Part shown: piece by piece, positions 49,609-62,423 of the stretch | How the letters are laid out: each line of letters starts with the position of its first letter | How positions within the stretch are numbered: the first letter of the stretch is position 1 | NCBI GenBank assembly: GCA_002633005.1 | Contig: NMRA01000315.1 | Location: 280,961 to 344,960 of the forward strand | Length of the DNA stretch: 64,000 bases | Reading direction: 5' to 3' | Source of the DNA: Phoronis australis | Taxonomy: Eukaryota; Animalia; Phoronida | Notes under the pieces: generated by a model | What the model saw: only the letters and a program-made list of their open reading frames with translations | Databases searched by the model: none | Told to the model about the DNA's origin: nothing | Program-made: the position numbers and the translations under genes

Positions 49609-51144
49609 ATGCTCCACTCAGCTTCCAACGTCTAAACGCTTCACATTTTGATGAAGGGACTTTTAATAAAGCGATCAAATTTACTGGGTTCTTTCATTTT
49701 ATTAGCATCATGTGCAAATAAGAAATTCTGTTTTACTCAGTTTTATCCACGCATGCACATGTATGCCGAGTCGAAGGATATTCGATGCTAAATGATTCGA
49801 TTGACTCGTGGGTTGCATCGCTCGAAAGATATATGTCGGGTAGCGAATGAAAGCCGTTCTCTCATATATGTTACGTATGTTTGACTTTCATACACATCCT
49901 TGAGTTACCAGTGATAAAAATAAGAAACAAAATGTTTGTTAAACGTTGCAAAAACGATTTTCTTTTAATTTCATGGTTTGTTTAGGCGTATACATGTATT
50001 CAGCCAGTCGCGAAGTCTACTGCATCCCAATTCCAAAGGAGGCGGCCAGTACTGATCGGAATGTATTTATCGTGTATAATTACACAATATAATTCAAATA
50101 GATATAATATGTCTTATGTTCTTGGAAATTGGGTTGAATTATCGTTTACAGTTTTAATACGACATCTTGTTCAGTTGTTACTAACTTCAAGATTTGTTTG
50201 AGGTTGATCGACTCTGTTAAATGACGGAGTCACTTCCTGATCATGTTCCAATACGTTTACCGAGGAATTCTCACGGGATGTCCTCTTCCAGCTTCCTGTT
50301 TCGTCTTGAAACAATTGACCATTTTTTTAAAATCCCCAAAAGTTTTTGAAGTTCCGGAAAAGATTTGATACTCAAATTATATAAAATTGGACTAATTTGG
50401 CCAAATTGACTGGTGCTGCGCATCCCAGCCATACATGTAGTACACTTATTTGGAGGTCCATCAAAAATCTTCCAAGCCATCTGTACAACCATCAAAATCT
50501 GTCTCGAGTTTTTGACAACAATTGACGGATTACCCATATCATGTCGAAGAATAAAACCACCAAAAAACGGTTCCTCTGTAATCGAATTCGGCCGAAAACA
50601 TTGGTGCGGTGCATCGCTTCCACAAACCCTTCTCTTAAGTTTCATCAACACCTGTCAAGCGTTATAACAATTAACCACGGACAGCCAAAATCTTGGCGAA
50701 AATTAAAATTGCCAAAAGACGACCAGACCTGGGATAGTCGACTGCGTCCAGACTTGACTGGCGCATTCCCACTACACATCACTTCTTTGTCGCTTGCAAA
50801 TATTTGCACTGAAATGATCGACGGTGTTCAATGACGTTCAATTTTGGGTAGTGAATTACTTTTATTGCGTAGAATAAGATGAACGGCTAAAGAGGAATAT
50901 CAACGCAAAAGTTTAATTTTTTGTAAAACTCATACACCTCTTCTTCTTTTATGTCGACCTATTACGCTCAGACATCACAATGCAATTCACTACTAAACTC
51001 GCATGTTTGAGCCTTAGCCGAACTTCAGCTAGGAAATGGCGACTGCCAGACAATTGACTGTGGGTTTGTTTAAAAGGTAGCTATGCTTTGAGATTGTGCG
51101 TAGATGGAGAGTGAATAATCGAATCCAGTAATTAATTTATTACA

Positions 51145-51930
51145 TGATAACCCCTAATTAGACAAATGAAACCTATTGTTAATTAAGTAATCAACTACAA
51201 AGAGTAACTACGCTAGCGCCCTCTTTAAAGATTACTTTAATCAAACAACCAAAACAATCAAATGTCTTATCTTCTATCCAAGCCAGGACTCTCCACTTGT
51301 TGGATGTCTGTCCTGTGGGTGAATCTTCGAACTACACACACTGTATAGCGACAGTGTACTTGCTGGTCACCGTCACTGGTGATGCAACACTTGCAGGCAA
51401 TTTCTTCTACCCGCGATTCTTCTTGCTGGTCAAAGTCTCTGGCTGATGACGCAACACTTCAGGTAGTATCTTACTACCCTCGATGCAAGTGACAAGCTCT
51501 TCGTTAACTTCCTGTTCGTTAACCCTTACCCTTGCCAAGATCCTTTCCAGAATCTTCCACGAGATGGCTCTGTCGTACAATTGCTTCTGTACAACGTAGC
51601 AAGTCTTTATGCTTCAACTACTATAGCGCATCTACTGTAATTATCTTGTTGATTTCAGCCCATAATATAACATTCTACTTATTTAGTGATTGGCTAATAA
51701 AAACCACATGATCATATCCAATGTTACAATTTGTTCTCAGAATATTCTAGAATCTCTTTGACCCCAGAACCCAAAGTTGTAAACACCATCTAAAAATAGA
51801 TTTTGACGTTAAAATACATGTCAACAAGTCTGACCCCATGATTTAAAAGTACATACATGTATGCACAAATTTTGGGCATTTCAAAATGGATCTATTCTTA
51901 CTAATTACTTAATCATTATTTATTCTGACA
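51145..51930 (-). mobile_element. Solo-LTR-like repeat (TG...CA on the minus strand)
   Basis: Homologous to 8790-9050; begins TGTCAG; a plausible end is ...GGGGTTATCA; no TSD confirmed, so the left boundary is uncertain. Confidence 0.5.
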
Positions 51931-54304
51931 GCGATTTAGAACTTTATATCCATCTCGCATGCGGTGTTTGTTTAACATAGCCTTCGCATCTCAATGAATA
52001 AAATGTTCGTTTTCGTCACTTCAACCGTACTATCGTAATCGACTCTTGATTAATTTCAGAATAAAAATCAAGATATCCGGTGCCATTCCTTTGCAGAGGT
52101 TTTCAAAGAAAACCGTCAAATTGGAACTGTGTACTCAGTAAGTGATAACTATTCTGCAGCATAGGCAAGACGATCTGAATGGCAGACAGTAAATCGATCA
52201 ACGACGTGAGAAACAAATGAAGTCTTACTTGCTCACTTTTATGTCATTTATTTTTTAACATGTAAAAACAAAAAATAAATAACAGCTACTACATTTCTAA
52301 ACAGATCTATTCAGGAAAATTTTCAAATAATAAAATTCCCAAGAACAAATTTAAAATTCAACTTTACTGTCAAAGCATAGTAATTGTACGAGGCTAACTG
52401 ACAAATGCACAGAAAACGCGGCTATCAATAACATTTAAGCTTTGCTTATCGCTATCATTACAGGCAGTAACTATGTTCATTGTCAGTTTTAAGCCACCAA
52501 GTTTGTCTGCCACGGAAAAGGCCAGACCACTAGTAACCGGGGCGCATTAATAGGGAGGTAACATGAATTGTTCCCCCTGCCCTTCCACCTGTCCAGCCCG
52601 GAATCGCAGTAAAATTACCTCGTAGAGAAACTGTCTAGGTCTCTAACTAGCTTGTGTGCGCTTTATGGACGTCGACTCTTTAATGCGAGGTTAACCGCTT
52701 GGTGAAGTCTGCAATGGGCTGTAAAAGAATGGAAATTGCTGACTGTCCGTGTCGAAGACACTAAAAGCGAGCCATGCGTTATCGCCTTTAAAAAATCTGT
52801 AGAGACAACCAAAGTGTGTCAGAACCCAGACAATTCCGTGGTAAAATAAGAATAATTCAGGTCTATATCATGAAATTTTCGAAAGAATGACTTAAACTTC
52901 CGTGATTGTAACACCACCAGAGGCCGTTAACTGTAGCAGACACACACGCGCGACTGACAGTAGCGGCGAAAAATCTGAGTGCAGAGCGAAAATAACAGCT
53001 TATTACAATAGGGCCGTCCCGGATTACACAGCGACACTCGAATCTCGCTGTATTTCCCCATAACGCCGTAAACATCCGTCAAGCCAGAACATTTGCTGCC
53101 TCGTATTCGTGCCATTGGAGTTTCACATATTATTTATTGTTGTCTGATTCTTTGCAAGTTTTTTCTCAGTTGCATTACTATATTCATCCATCTAATGCCA
53201 ACGAAGTATCACTGCTGTAGTATGGGCTGCAACTCCGACATCAATGAGAGACACGAAAATGTGCTTTATTTCTAAAAGGAGGTCACGCGCTTTCTTATCT
53301 CCGGGACAAAGGAGAGTTCTATCGCCATGTAATCCGGCACGGCCCTATTCAAGACTACACGAACCACTGGCCTTTCACCTACGTGATGTTATTCTGCGTA
53401 ACGTTGGGCCGTGATCTTGCGTAGCTCGGAAGGACTAAGGATACGAAGTGCAAAGTTTCTGAAGAGCACAACTTCAACAACAATATGTGTTTGTTACCAT
53501 ATAGATGCTTGAAGCCTACACATTCAAGTAAAGCACACAGTAATAAATCAACGTCACTTCTATGCTGGTCGCTGAAGTTGCACTCACGGTTAAAGATTAA
53601 TAAAGTCTTCAAACGATAAGCCTACACAACTCATGTGTCGGTATAAAATGTAATGCAGATTTTTGGAGAGCCAGCTGTCACCTCTTACAGGACATCCTGC
53701 AGATGTGCGTATTTATAGTATTTATTGGCCACAATCGGTTACAGTTAGATTCAAAGTAGACTCATACATGTATTGTTGCCTGCATCCCCTGTTGGCACAA
53801 ACTTCTCCGCTACCGGCATGAACAATAAATCACGACGTCGGCATACCGATCTAAGAGCTTCTGTTATATATTTCCTTCAACAAGTATGGTGGGGCCTTTC
53901 TGTCATATTTTGGATCTTCCAGTACACATTCCTACGTTCCTATGGATGGTGCATACTTTTGTGAGACCGTTCAGTTCGTGTACCGCACCACTTTCCTTCC
54001 GGAAAGACAATACATTGACCGTACCTTGTTGTTCCATAAACAAATTTTTCGACTAGCCAGACGTGTCATAGGCAAAGACCGGAAGCTAGGACCGTGCAGT
54101 ACAACTAGCACAAAACAGAAAGTCGCTGGAGGGTCTAAGAGGTTCTAAGGGGGGAGGTGCAACAGCCGTTTTTAAGGGAAAATAATAGACCCTGGAAACA
54201 ACATGCCGACGTCATTTTTTATTTTCGTTTTTGTACTTGTCCGTAGGAAGCCAGCTAATCCCCTGGCCCCAAAATCTGTAGTGTCCGTCTATGGCATGAC
54301 TTAA

Positions 54305-55573
54305 AGGGGAAAGCAACCTAGTTAGCGTCATTTTTCGTTATACTAATATTTTCAGGTTATTTTAGATAAAGTTAATGTATAAGTCCCCACATACTGACCT
54401 ACTATTGAATTATACATGGCTCACTCCGGAACTGATGGCTCAAATCATTCCCCGCGAGTTTCATTAGATTGTTCTACAATATTATTCATTGTAGACATCT
54501 CTGCATGTTGCCTGTTTACTATTTTCCAAAAATAGCCAACGAATATTCTGGAAGAATTTTACAAAGTTCATAGAGTGTAATTTAGTCACAGTATGGTTTG
54601 CACTGGACAGCAAAAACACTAAAAAACAACATGTACATAAAGAAGCTGTGCTGGTTGCTGGCCTTAGACCAGTAGCGTTCAGAAGGGAAGGTGGGGGGAC
54701 GAGTGACGGCACCTGGCATCCACATCGGATGGGGGCAACCAACCACTATGAATAATTGTGACTGTGAATAAGGTTTCTTTTTATGTTTCACCTCTTTACT
54801 TTTCGTAGTACTAGGGTCCATGTATTTGAACGCAGAGAATGGCATCCTATAAAAGGTCGCCCCGGGGACCACCAAACCCCTGCACGCCACTGCCTTAGAC
54901 GTCATGCTTCACACTGCAGGTGACACCAACTTTGTGGCCCTAAGTCACTACAGGGGTTGCAGCTCGCGATGCTTCGCGTTTTTAGTTTTAAAAAAGTCAC
55001 CTCCAGCAGGTGGCGACGTACAGCAGAGAAGGAAATACCGATGGTACGGCATCTTTATTCAGAATATGTTTAGCAAGTACCCTCGTGTCCGCGTTGATGT
55101 CCTTTTCGTAATCCGACGGTAAAAAATGTTTGACGCGCACACAACAGTTTTGCGCCGCTTTAGACCTGGCGCGAACAGGTAACGATTGATTTTGGCATGA
55201 ACGAGCAAACTCTGACTGGTTTTGTTATCCACTGGAAATCGGTGAAACAGTTCACCTATACTCTTCGAGAAGTCATGATGCCTCTATCCCGGTACGCAAC
55301 AACTTCCAAACGTGTTGAACAAGGCTAGAGAGGTAAACAAGTGCTAAATTGCTACAAACTAACGTACACAACTACGCATCCGATGTCAAACACAATTCAA
55401 AGTACTTGTAAACAACTATGGTCGAGGAATATTCGGGCCACGAACATCACTTCCGGAGTGACGCATGCATAACCAACTAGAACACAATGGAAATTAATTT
55501 ACTTGAATTTTATCTAGGATAACATAAAATCATAGTTTAACCAAAGATGACACTAAAAGCGGTTGATATCTCT
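54305..55573 (-). mobile_element. Non-autonomous Kolobok element with a decayed THAP
   Basis: TTAA+AGGGGAAAGCAACC left end and GGTTGATATCTCT right end; minus strand CCVPG*...FHRFP...KHFLPSDY; right end similar to 20880-20977. Confidence 0.75.
54670..54892. mobile_element. hAT MITE with a perfect 8-bp TSD CCTTAGAC, nested in the Kolobok element
   Basis: CAGTAGCGT...ACGCCACTG; CCTTAGAC at 54662-54669 and 54893-54900. Confidence 0.88.
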
Positions 55574-55649
55574 TTTGCGGTGCCTTTGGGACGCCGATAA
55601 CACATACCGTACATATACATGTATATTATAGGACTATAGAATTATTTAC

Positions 55650-55872
55650 CTCGTGAAACATTACGGTCATGTAGACGAGAACGCACCAGCCGACGGTACC
55701 AATGGCCAGTGCAAGGATGATCCACCACCAACCGCACGACTTTTTGCGTTCAAGATTAAAAAAATCCCCAGTCTTGTAATCGACGTATGACAGCACAGCG
55801 TACGCGAGGCCAAGGAGGCCAAATGTACAGTTACAGAACACAAAACTGAAGACAGCCGTGCCAAACTGGGTC
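55650..55872 (-). CDS. CD225/dispanin (IFITM/PRRT-like) gene, exon with both hydrophobic segments
   Basis: tttgcag| phase 2; TQFGTAVFSFVFCNCTFGLLGLAYAVLSYVDYKTGDF...WWWIILALAIGTVGWCVLVY; donor GAG|GTAAAT. The C-terminus is either read-through to 55626 or a tiny exon such as 53696-53685 (DVL*). Confidence 0.82.
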
Positions 55873-55964
55873 CTGCAAATGAAAGTAAAGCCATATAAAA
55901 TTCACAATTTTAAATATTGCCCTTATGCGATCAACAGAATTGTTATCGTAGTAATTGACAACAG

Positions 55965-56858
55965 CCAGCTGCACGGTTATCCGTCCACCATTCATCTTTC
56001 TATCCATCCATCAAGTCACTCAGTTAGCCATCCATCCAGACAGTCAAACAGTCACCCATCCAGCAAGACAGCCATCCAGCCGTCTAGCCAGCCATCAAGC
56101 CATCTATCCAGCCATCTAGCCATCTAGGCAGCTATTCAAACTTCCATCCAACCATCAATACTTCCATCTAACCTTCCATCCATCCATCCACCCAGCCACC
56201 CATCTATACATCCAGCCATCCTTACAGAAATCTATACATGTACTGCCAGCCATTTATACAGCCAGCCTTCCCTACAGCCAGCTTTCCCTACAGCCAGCCA
56301 TCCATACCGCCAGCCATCCATACAGCCAGCCATCCTTACAGCCATACATACAGCCATCCATACAGCCAACCATAAAGTCATCCATACAGCCAGCCATCTA
56401 TACAGCCAGCCATTAATCAAGTCAGCTGGCTAGTTATCCATGTAAACCCATGCAAACAGGCAGTTCGACATCGATCAATACAGCCACCCATCCAGTCAGC
56501 CAACGTCCCATCCAGCCACTCATCCAGTCAGTCAAACATCCATACAGCCATCCATACAGCCATCCAACCTTGCAGCCATACATGTACATACAGTCCCTGT
56601 TATACCCAACAATCGGCCGTGCGAAACCAATTGTTACACATACAGTCATACTCTACATACAGCCAGCCATTAATCAAGTCAGCTGGCTAGTTATCCATGT
56701 CAACCCATGCAAACAGGCAGTTCGCCATCGATCAATACAGCCACCCATCCAGTCAGCCAACGTCCCATCCAGCCACCCATCCAGCCACCCAGCCACCCAT
56801 CCAGCCACCTAGCCAGCCAACCAGGCAGCCTGGCAGCCAGGCACCCAGCCAGCCATCA
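55965..56858. repeat. Intronic low-complexity (CCAT/CAGC)n satellite with an internal duplicated block of about 130 bp
   Basis: Degenerate tetramers; 56400-56525 is repeated at about 56657-56785. Confidence 0.9.
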
Positions 56859-56897
56859 TTTTCGGTGTGCACGAAGTATCTGTGATTTTGAACCTAC

Positions 56898-57031
56898 CAC
56901 TGGAATTTTGGTTTTGCGGTCGTAACAGTAAGGTCTGACATTGGAACCATAGTTCGGTCTCGTGCAGATGAGTGGGCGAAAACCACACGCGTTTCCGTGT
57001 CGAAGTCTTGACCCATGTTCACGTACGCCAT
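56898..57031 (-). CDS. CD225/dispanin gene, first coding exon (MAYVNMGQDF...KPKFQW)
   Basis: Acceptor ttttccag| at 57041; ATG at 57031 in AAGATGG context; donor TG|GTAGGT in phase 2, compatible with the 55872 acceptor. Confidence 0.75.
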
Positions 57032-58559
57032 CTTCCGGTATCTGGAAAAGGACAACTCGTGTTGATATTTTTTAGTGGCAGCGTTTCGGTGAGCAAGTTT
57101 CTGGCGTAGACATGTAACCTGTCAGCAAATATGTATGTACAACCGAAAGCAAGGGGGACCTGCATTCAGACTGACTGAGTCAACTAAGACCTAAAACGGA
57201 ACGTTGCAAGAGAAAAGACAATGTCGAGGTGATCAGCTTGGATCGCAAATTGAAATACGGATTGAATGCTCTGTGGGACAATTTGGACTTGAAAACGAAC
57301 AGCGAACTTGCCAACGGTATATTGGTTTGGCAAGTTCACCAATAACAATAATGTTATTGATAATTACAAGAAACTGTCGATCTATCTCGTCGAGGTCAGC
57401 GCATCAATTAACGTCTATTCTGACCTTAATCTGACATTTCCCATTTAGATCTTTACCTCATAAATTTCCTCGGTGCCAGTTGCTCGACCGCGACCTGTGC
57501 AGCACGATCGCTATAAGCTCGTTTATCATCAGAGTTATTATTATGAGCAAATTACTTGACGGAGAAAAATAAGATATGAATCAGAGAACCTGAAAAGGTT
57601 TGCTTTGGGCAGTCTGTGCATATTAAATGCTTTGGGCATTCCGTTCATATCAAATGCTTTCTCGGACGTTTTACAAATACTGTATGGTGCTGTGAACATT
57701 TTCGGTTGAATGTAAACCATAGATTCTGCAAAAGTTAATAAAACTGGCCGTTTCCTAGTAAAAATGCTCCGTAATGGGCTCTGCAAAACTTAATCTACTC
57801 AGATTTATATACAGTTTAATAGGAGAGTAAGCCTGTGTCCTCATTGTCCTGTCTGCATGTATTTGAAAGCCAAAATATCTTTCACTTATATTCCAAGGTT
57901 TTCCCATATTCAGGCCAGGGCATGAATCCCTGCACACCACCAATATCTCGATCCTGACGCCTGCACCTTATTACTGCATGGTAAACAAGAAGTTTAGTTG
58001 TAAAAATTACGAAACACAATTTAAAATGTAACTGAAATCCTTATAAATAACGTAAAAACATTACGTCAATACGAGCGTTGTCTATGGAAATAGGGCACAC
58101 AATAGAAATTTTAACAGATATGTAGGTAATCTCAAAAAAACCACGAATGGACGGAGCAAGATTCCCCTTACGGCCTTCAGTTGCTTTTTACTGCTCTGAA
58201 TTAGGTAGTTGTTACACACGCAACGGAGTTTAAACTCTGTTTTTTCACATTGTATGGTGTTGTTACCGTGCGGCGAGCAAACAAAAACATTCTTGTCAAT
58301 ATTGAAGGGCGTGCGCTAACCATGTTCGGAATGTTTGCTCAGTTTTATTGATTTGAATTCCGATGAAATGCCTATACAGTACAGCGCTCGAAATGAAGCA
58401 GTTACTAAATATGACATTTCGTTTTAGTGTCAAACTTAACCACAACACGTGTGAGCTTCTGCGTTCTCCAAGCAATTTTGACATGGAAAGCACGACAAAG
58501 GAATTCAAAAACGCTGGGCTCGCGGATTCGCATAGGCCTTACGCCGCAAATTGTTGTGC

Positions 58560-58722
58560 AGTGCGTGTTTACAGGGTGCCAGTGTCGCGTGTTCGCGATC
58601 TGTGACCGACGTCTTTAGCGGACACGAGTCCGTGAGTCGTGCGTGTTTACAGGTGCCGGAACCGCATGTTCGCCCGATCTTGAGTCACGCTTGTTAGCGG
58701 ACACGGGTAGGCGTGAGCCGCG
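58560..58722. repeat. Two diverged GC-rich tandem units of about 80 bp
   Basis: GTGCGTGTTTACAGG...TTAGCGGACACG..CGTGAG occurs twice. Confidence 0.7.
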
Positions 58723-60051
58723 CTTTTGGAGCTGTCAGTCATTCGGGATAACCTGTATTTTACAAGCAATTAAACGTATGTGGAAAACGCGCTAACATCT
58801 TGGCAACTCGCGAGCCACCATCGTGGGCAAACACAGCCTAAGCACAAAGAAGTAGAATGTGCGTGTAAATGAGCTTCTCACGGTAGATGTGCCTTCTGTT
58901 CTTGGGGTAGGCACTGAATAAAAAGGCAAATTAGGTGTCTGCCATGACAAGCGTTCAAATGAGAATTTGCAGACTACTGTCCATGCCTCCATGGAATGCC
59001 AACATGTTTTTTTTGAGACTGCGTGCATTACCATACTTATAACTAAGTAAGTACCTTGCAATCGTACCTGTAAAAATACACGCACCGTCAATCCGCTAGG
59101 TGCTTCTCATTGCGGATGTTTATACTCTGGTACCCGAGGTAGATTCTGGTACGGTCGATTTGTTATGATCAAACCCGTCATTGCAGTCTCATAAGCCCCG
59201 AAAACAAAAAAGTCGCATTCTCAAAGAGAAACAAGATTACCATTTGCCTTACCTTATCAATTAACTGACAAGGGTGGTCAGAACACTCCCAGGGATTTTG
59301 TCTTTTTCAGTGTGCTAAAGCATGTAGGCAGCGGTAGTTATGTAAATAAGTAGATCAGTTCATAACCGGTACGAGGTAACGGAAGATGTCGCTAGCACAG
59401 TGGTGGTCATCGATATGGAAATAAACACAGTCGCCAAATGATCTCTAACTTGTCCACGAAACACGTGTATCGAGCACTTTCTTTTAGCTGCAGTCTTGTA
59501 AAGTAATGAAGTGTAATTTGTGACGGGAATAACCCATCTGTAATTTATGGGGCTAATCCAACATGGCGATCAATAACTAATTTCTATAGGCTTCGATAAT
59601 ACACTGAATGTATTTAGCAAATCGATGTAATCAAATGCAATGTCTAAAGTGCGGTCAATGGCGTGTGTACTGGAACTCTTCAACTAGCAGTAAATGAATA
59701 AAAATGGGTTACAAATACATGTAGTTTCTGGATCTCAGTGCATCCTGTCAAAATTACTACTGTACTTTTGGGAGGAAAGTACAACACGTGTTGTCTATTA
59801 ACAATCACATAGTTCACATTCGTTAGCTGTCTGAAAACATTCGACAGATTTTAAAACCAAACCACATTGAGTGCCAATACAGAGCAACGGACATCTATTT
59901 TGCGACCGTGACAAATTGTCGTATCCAACTGATCAAACCGCTAAGTGAAAGATAACAAACAAGCGTGTGTAATAGATACTTTTATTGATTTTCTAAAAAG
60001 CAAGTTTATGTAACTGCTAAAGGTTGTTGAGCAACTCACTGGAGTTGATGT

Positions 60052-60456
60052 GCGCGAATTTGGAATCCTGCTGAATCTCAAGATTGCGTATGCGTAAACT
60101 TGGAATTGAAAGTATTCATTTGGGTAACCAGGTGAAATTTTTTGTTCAGCGTAAAGAAAATTTGTAATCATTGGCATCGCGATCACCCATTTTCTCCTTT
60201 ACCGTAACTTGTGCCAAATAATCGGAGATTTTTATGCCGGTTAAATCAATTATTTTTGATGAATAAGATTGCCAATGGTTGAAAAAGATTAATAGTTAAA
60301 TTTACTTTATTTTATTAACATGTAATTTGATTTAGTGCTATGCAGTTTTTGTCAACTTGAACTTGATTATTTGAGTGAATTTGTCAAATTTCCACGTGTA
60401 TTCCAAGTTCACGCATACACGATCTTGAGATTCAGCAAGATTCCAAGATCACGAGC
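60052..60456. mobile_element. MITE with about 55-bp inverted termini
   Basis: TTGGAATCCTGCTGAATCTCAAGAT.GCGTATGCGT.AACTTGGAAT is mirrored at 60399-60450. Confidence 0.7.
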
Positions 60457-61849
60457 AGCGGAAATACTATATCATATCGCCTGTAACGAAGTATCGTATC
60501 CTTCGTCTGGTCTCTCCTGCCATTTCCTAATGCATCCATTTAGGATACTATACACATAAAAAAGCTAATTTTCAACTATATGACCTTGGTACTAATGTTT
60601 TTAGAAATTTCCGGGAGGCCTTTAACTTGTGAAACAGACCCCTGTTCACTGGTCGACAGTGTGAGCTTCATCATACCACCTGCCAGGTTAGTCCTATTTA
60701 TGCAGCTTGCCAAGACAAATTTGCTCTGGCACAAATGAGGTGAATTGACTGAAAGGAGCATGCCACTCAAAAAACCACCTAAATTGTATCAATTTAGATC
60801 GAATAGTTCTACTCCATAACGACACGTACGGTTGCGCTACCTGAACCTGACGGCAGACGGAGGTGTTGAAATAATCCATTGACGTCATCGGTTTCACACG
60901 CAGTCTGTTCAGCGGTTCACTACACGGGTTACTGGTGTCAGCTTATTGCTTGAAGTCATCGTTTAACACCAATAGATCATCAAACTTCGATGTAAAACCC
61001 TTAAAAATACACCGAGATCTTATAAAAACGTGTTGTTTTATTTCGCTCTAACGGATTTATTGGTATTTGGATACACCGTAGCCTACAAAGTTCGGCAGGC
61101 CAATAAGGTCCTTAGCAGGAGTTTGGGGTCTGTTCGGAGATAATTTCGAAGTATCTTCCGTGAGATATAGACAGGAAAATCTAGATCTGTGTTGTTTAAC
61201 CTTTTAATTTTTTGAGTTCTAAACGCAAAACGCTTGTTATCCTGGCCAGTGGCTCGAGGAGCCCGATCAGGCCCGTGGCGGCCGGCCGGATTGACTCGCT
61301 AACCCGTCCAGTGGCTCGGAAACTGATCAGACATCACGAACATCAACCCGCCAAAGTTCAGTGGAAACTAAACTTCCAGTCAAGAAGATACTATACTGGC
61401 GAGCCAAAGTACTGTGCACGTGATTATTTTAGTGATTTAGCCACGAAACTGCAAATCTACTTACTCGTCGGGGGCCGCGAATTCATGTTCCGCTTTGGCC
61501 ACAGCAGCGTCAGGGCAGAAGTTGTACATTGACAATCATTATTTGAGTAATGTAAATGTAAATAAAGATTCCCCTAACACCTGGCCGTGGGATGGAAATC
61601 GAGTTGTTTCACAACAGTTTCTGCCAGCAAACACTAAATTAGCATGAGCTCACATGGTCTTGGTGTCCTTTCAATTAGTTTTATTGCACCTAAAGCCAGT
61701 AACGCAATGATTCATTCATTGCTGGCTTCTCAAATCATTTTCATTCACGAACACTCCAAAGGCATTACAAATTGCATCTAATGAGACAGACTTTGTTTCA
61801 ATTTTATATAAGTATTGGTTAGGGTGAGAATAATTCATTTTGAAACAGA

Positions 61850-62423
61850 ACGCTCAGTAAAAAACGCCAACATGGCAACTCGCAATCCCGACTTAGGACG
61901 AGCGAGCTCATCAGTCCCGACTTCGCTGGTGGACCGTTAAGTTTTACAGGCTAACAATTCGAACAGGAATACAGTGATGAAGAAATACTAGAGAGGCGCC
62001 GTGAACAAGCTCAGACAACGGAATGTATGGAGTTATGTGGTAAGCCGGCAGTTCGTCAAGAACTGTCGACGTCTGCAGGCCACAGACACGGAGATGTTTC
62101 ACGGCTTCATACTTGCTATTTACAGCGTACCTTTATTCTTCACTACCATGAGCCACTTCCTAAGCATTTCAGACTCTCGAGGAAGTAAAAAAACGATAAA
62201 CTCGCTTTCCTCGCAGCTGCTTAGTTCGGACAAGCGAGAACGATGCACCGCAACATAGCGGCATTCACTCTGCATATGAACCACTGACGTCCCGTTTCTC
62301 ACCTTCCTCACAGGTTAACGCGACACCTCTTGGCAAGGTAAGGTCGACCGTATGCGAGGCGATACGGATATAGACCGATTAAGACGGCAAAAAAAGACTA
62401 ATTAAATCGGGTGGCATTCTCCT
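61850..62423 (-). mobile_element. Probable Kolobok end with a decayed THAP
   Basis: Ends ...GGTGGCATTCTCCT+TTAA; minus strand MPLCCG..., FLLPRESEMLRKWL..V, RVCG. Confidence 0.45.

Noticed and set aside
50271-50834. Overlapping ORFs of 84-126 aa
   Set aside because: No recognisable domain or consistent splice structure; may be an old TE relic but cannot be supported.
55858-56925. Several Pro/Ser/His- or Trp/Gly-rich ORFs in the ORF track
   Set aside because: These are translations of an intronic CCAT/CAGC satellite.
60560-60900. Minus-strand LINE fragment (YGVEL-like motif)
   Set aside because: A single weak motif is insufficient for a call.
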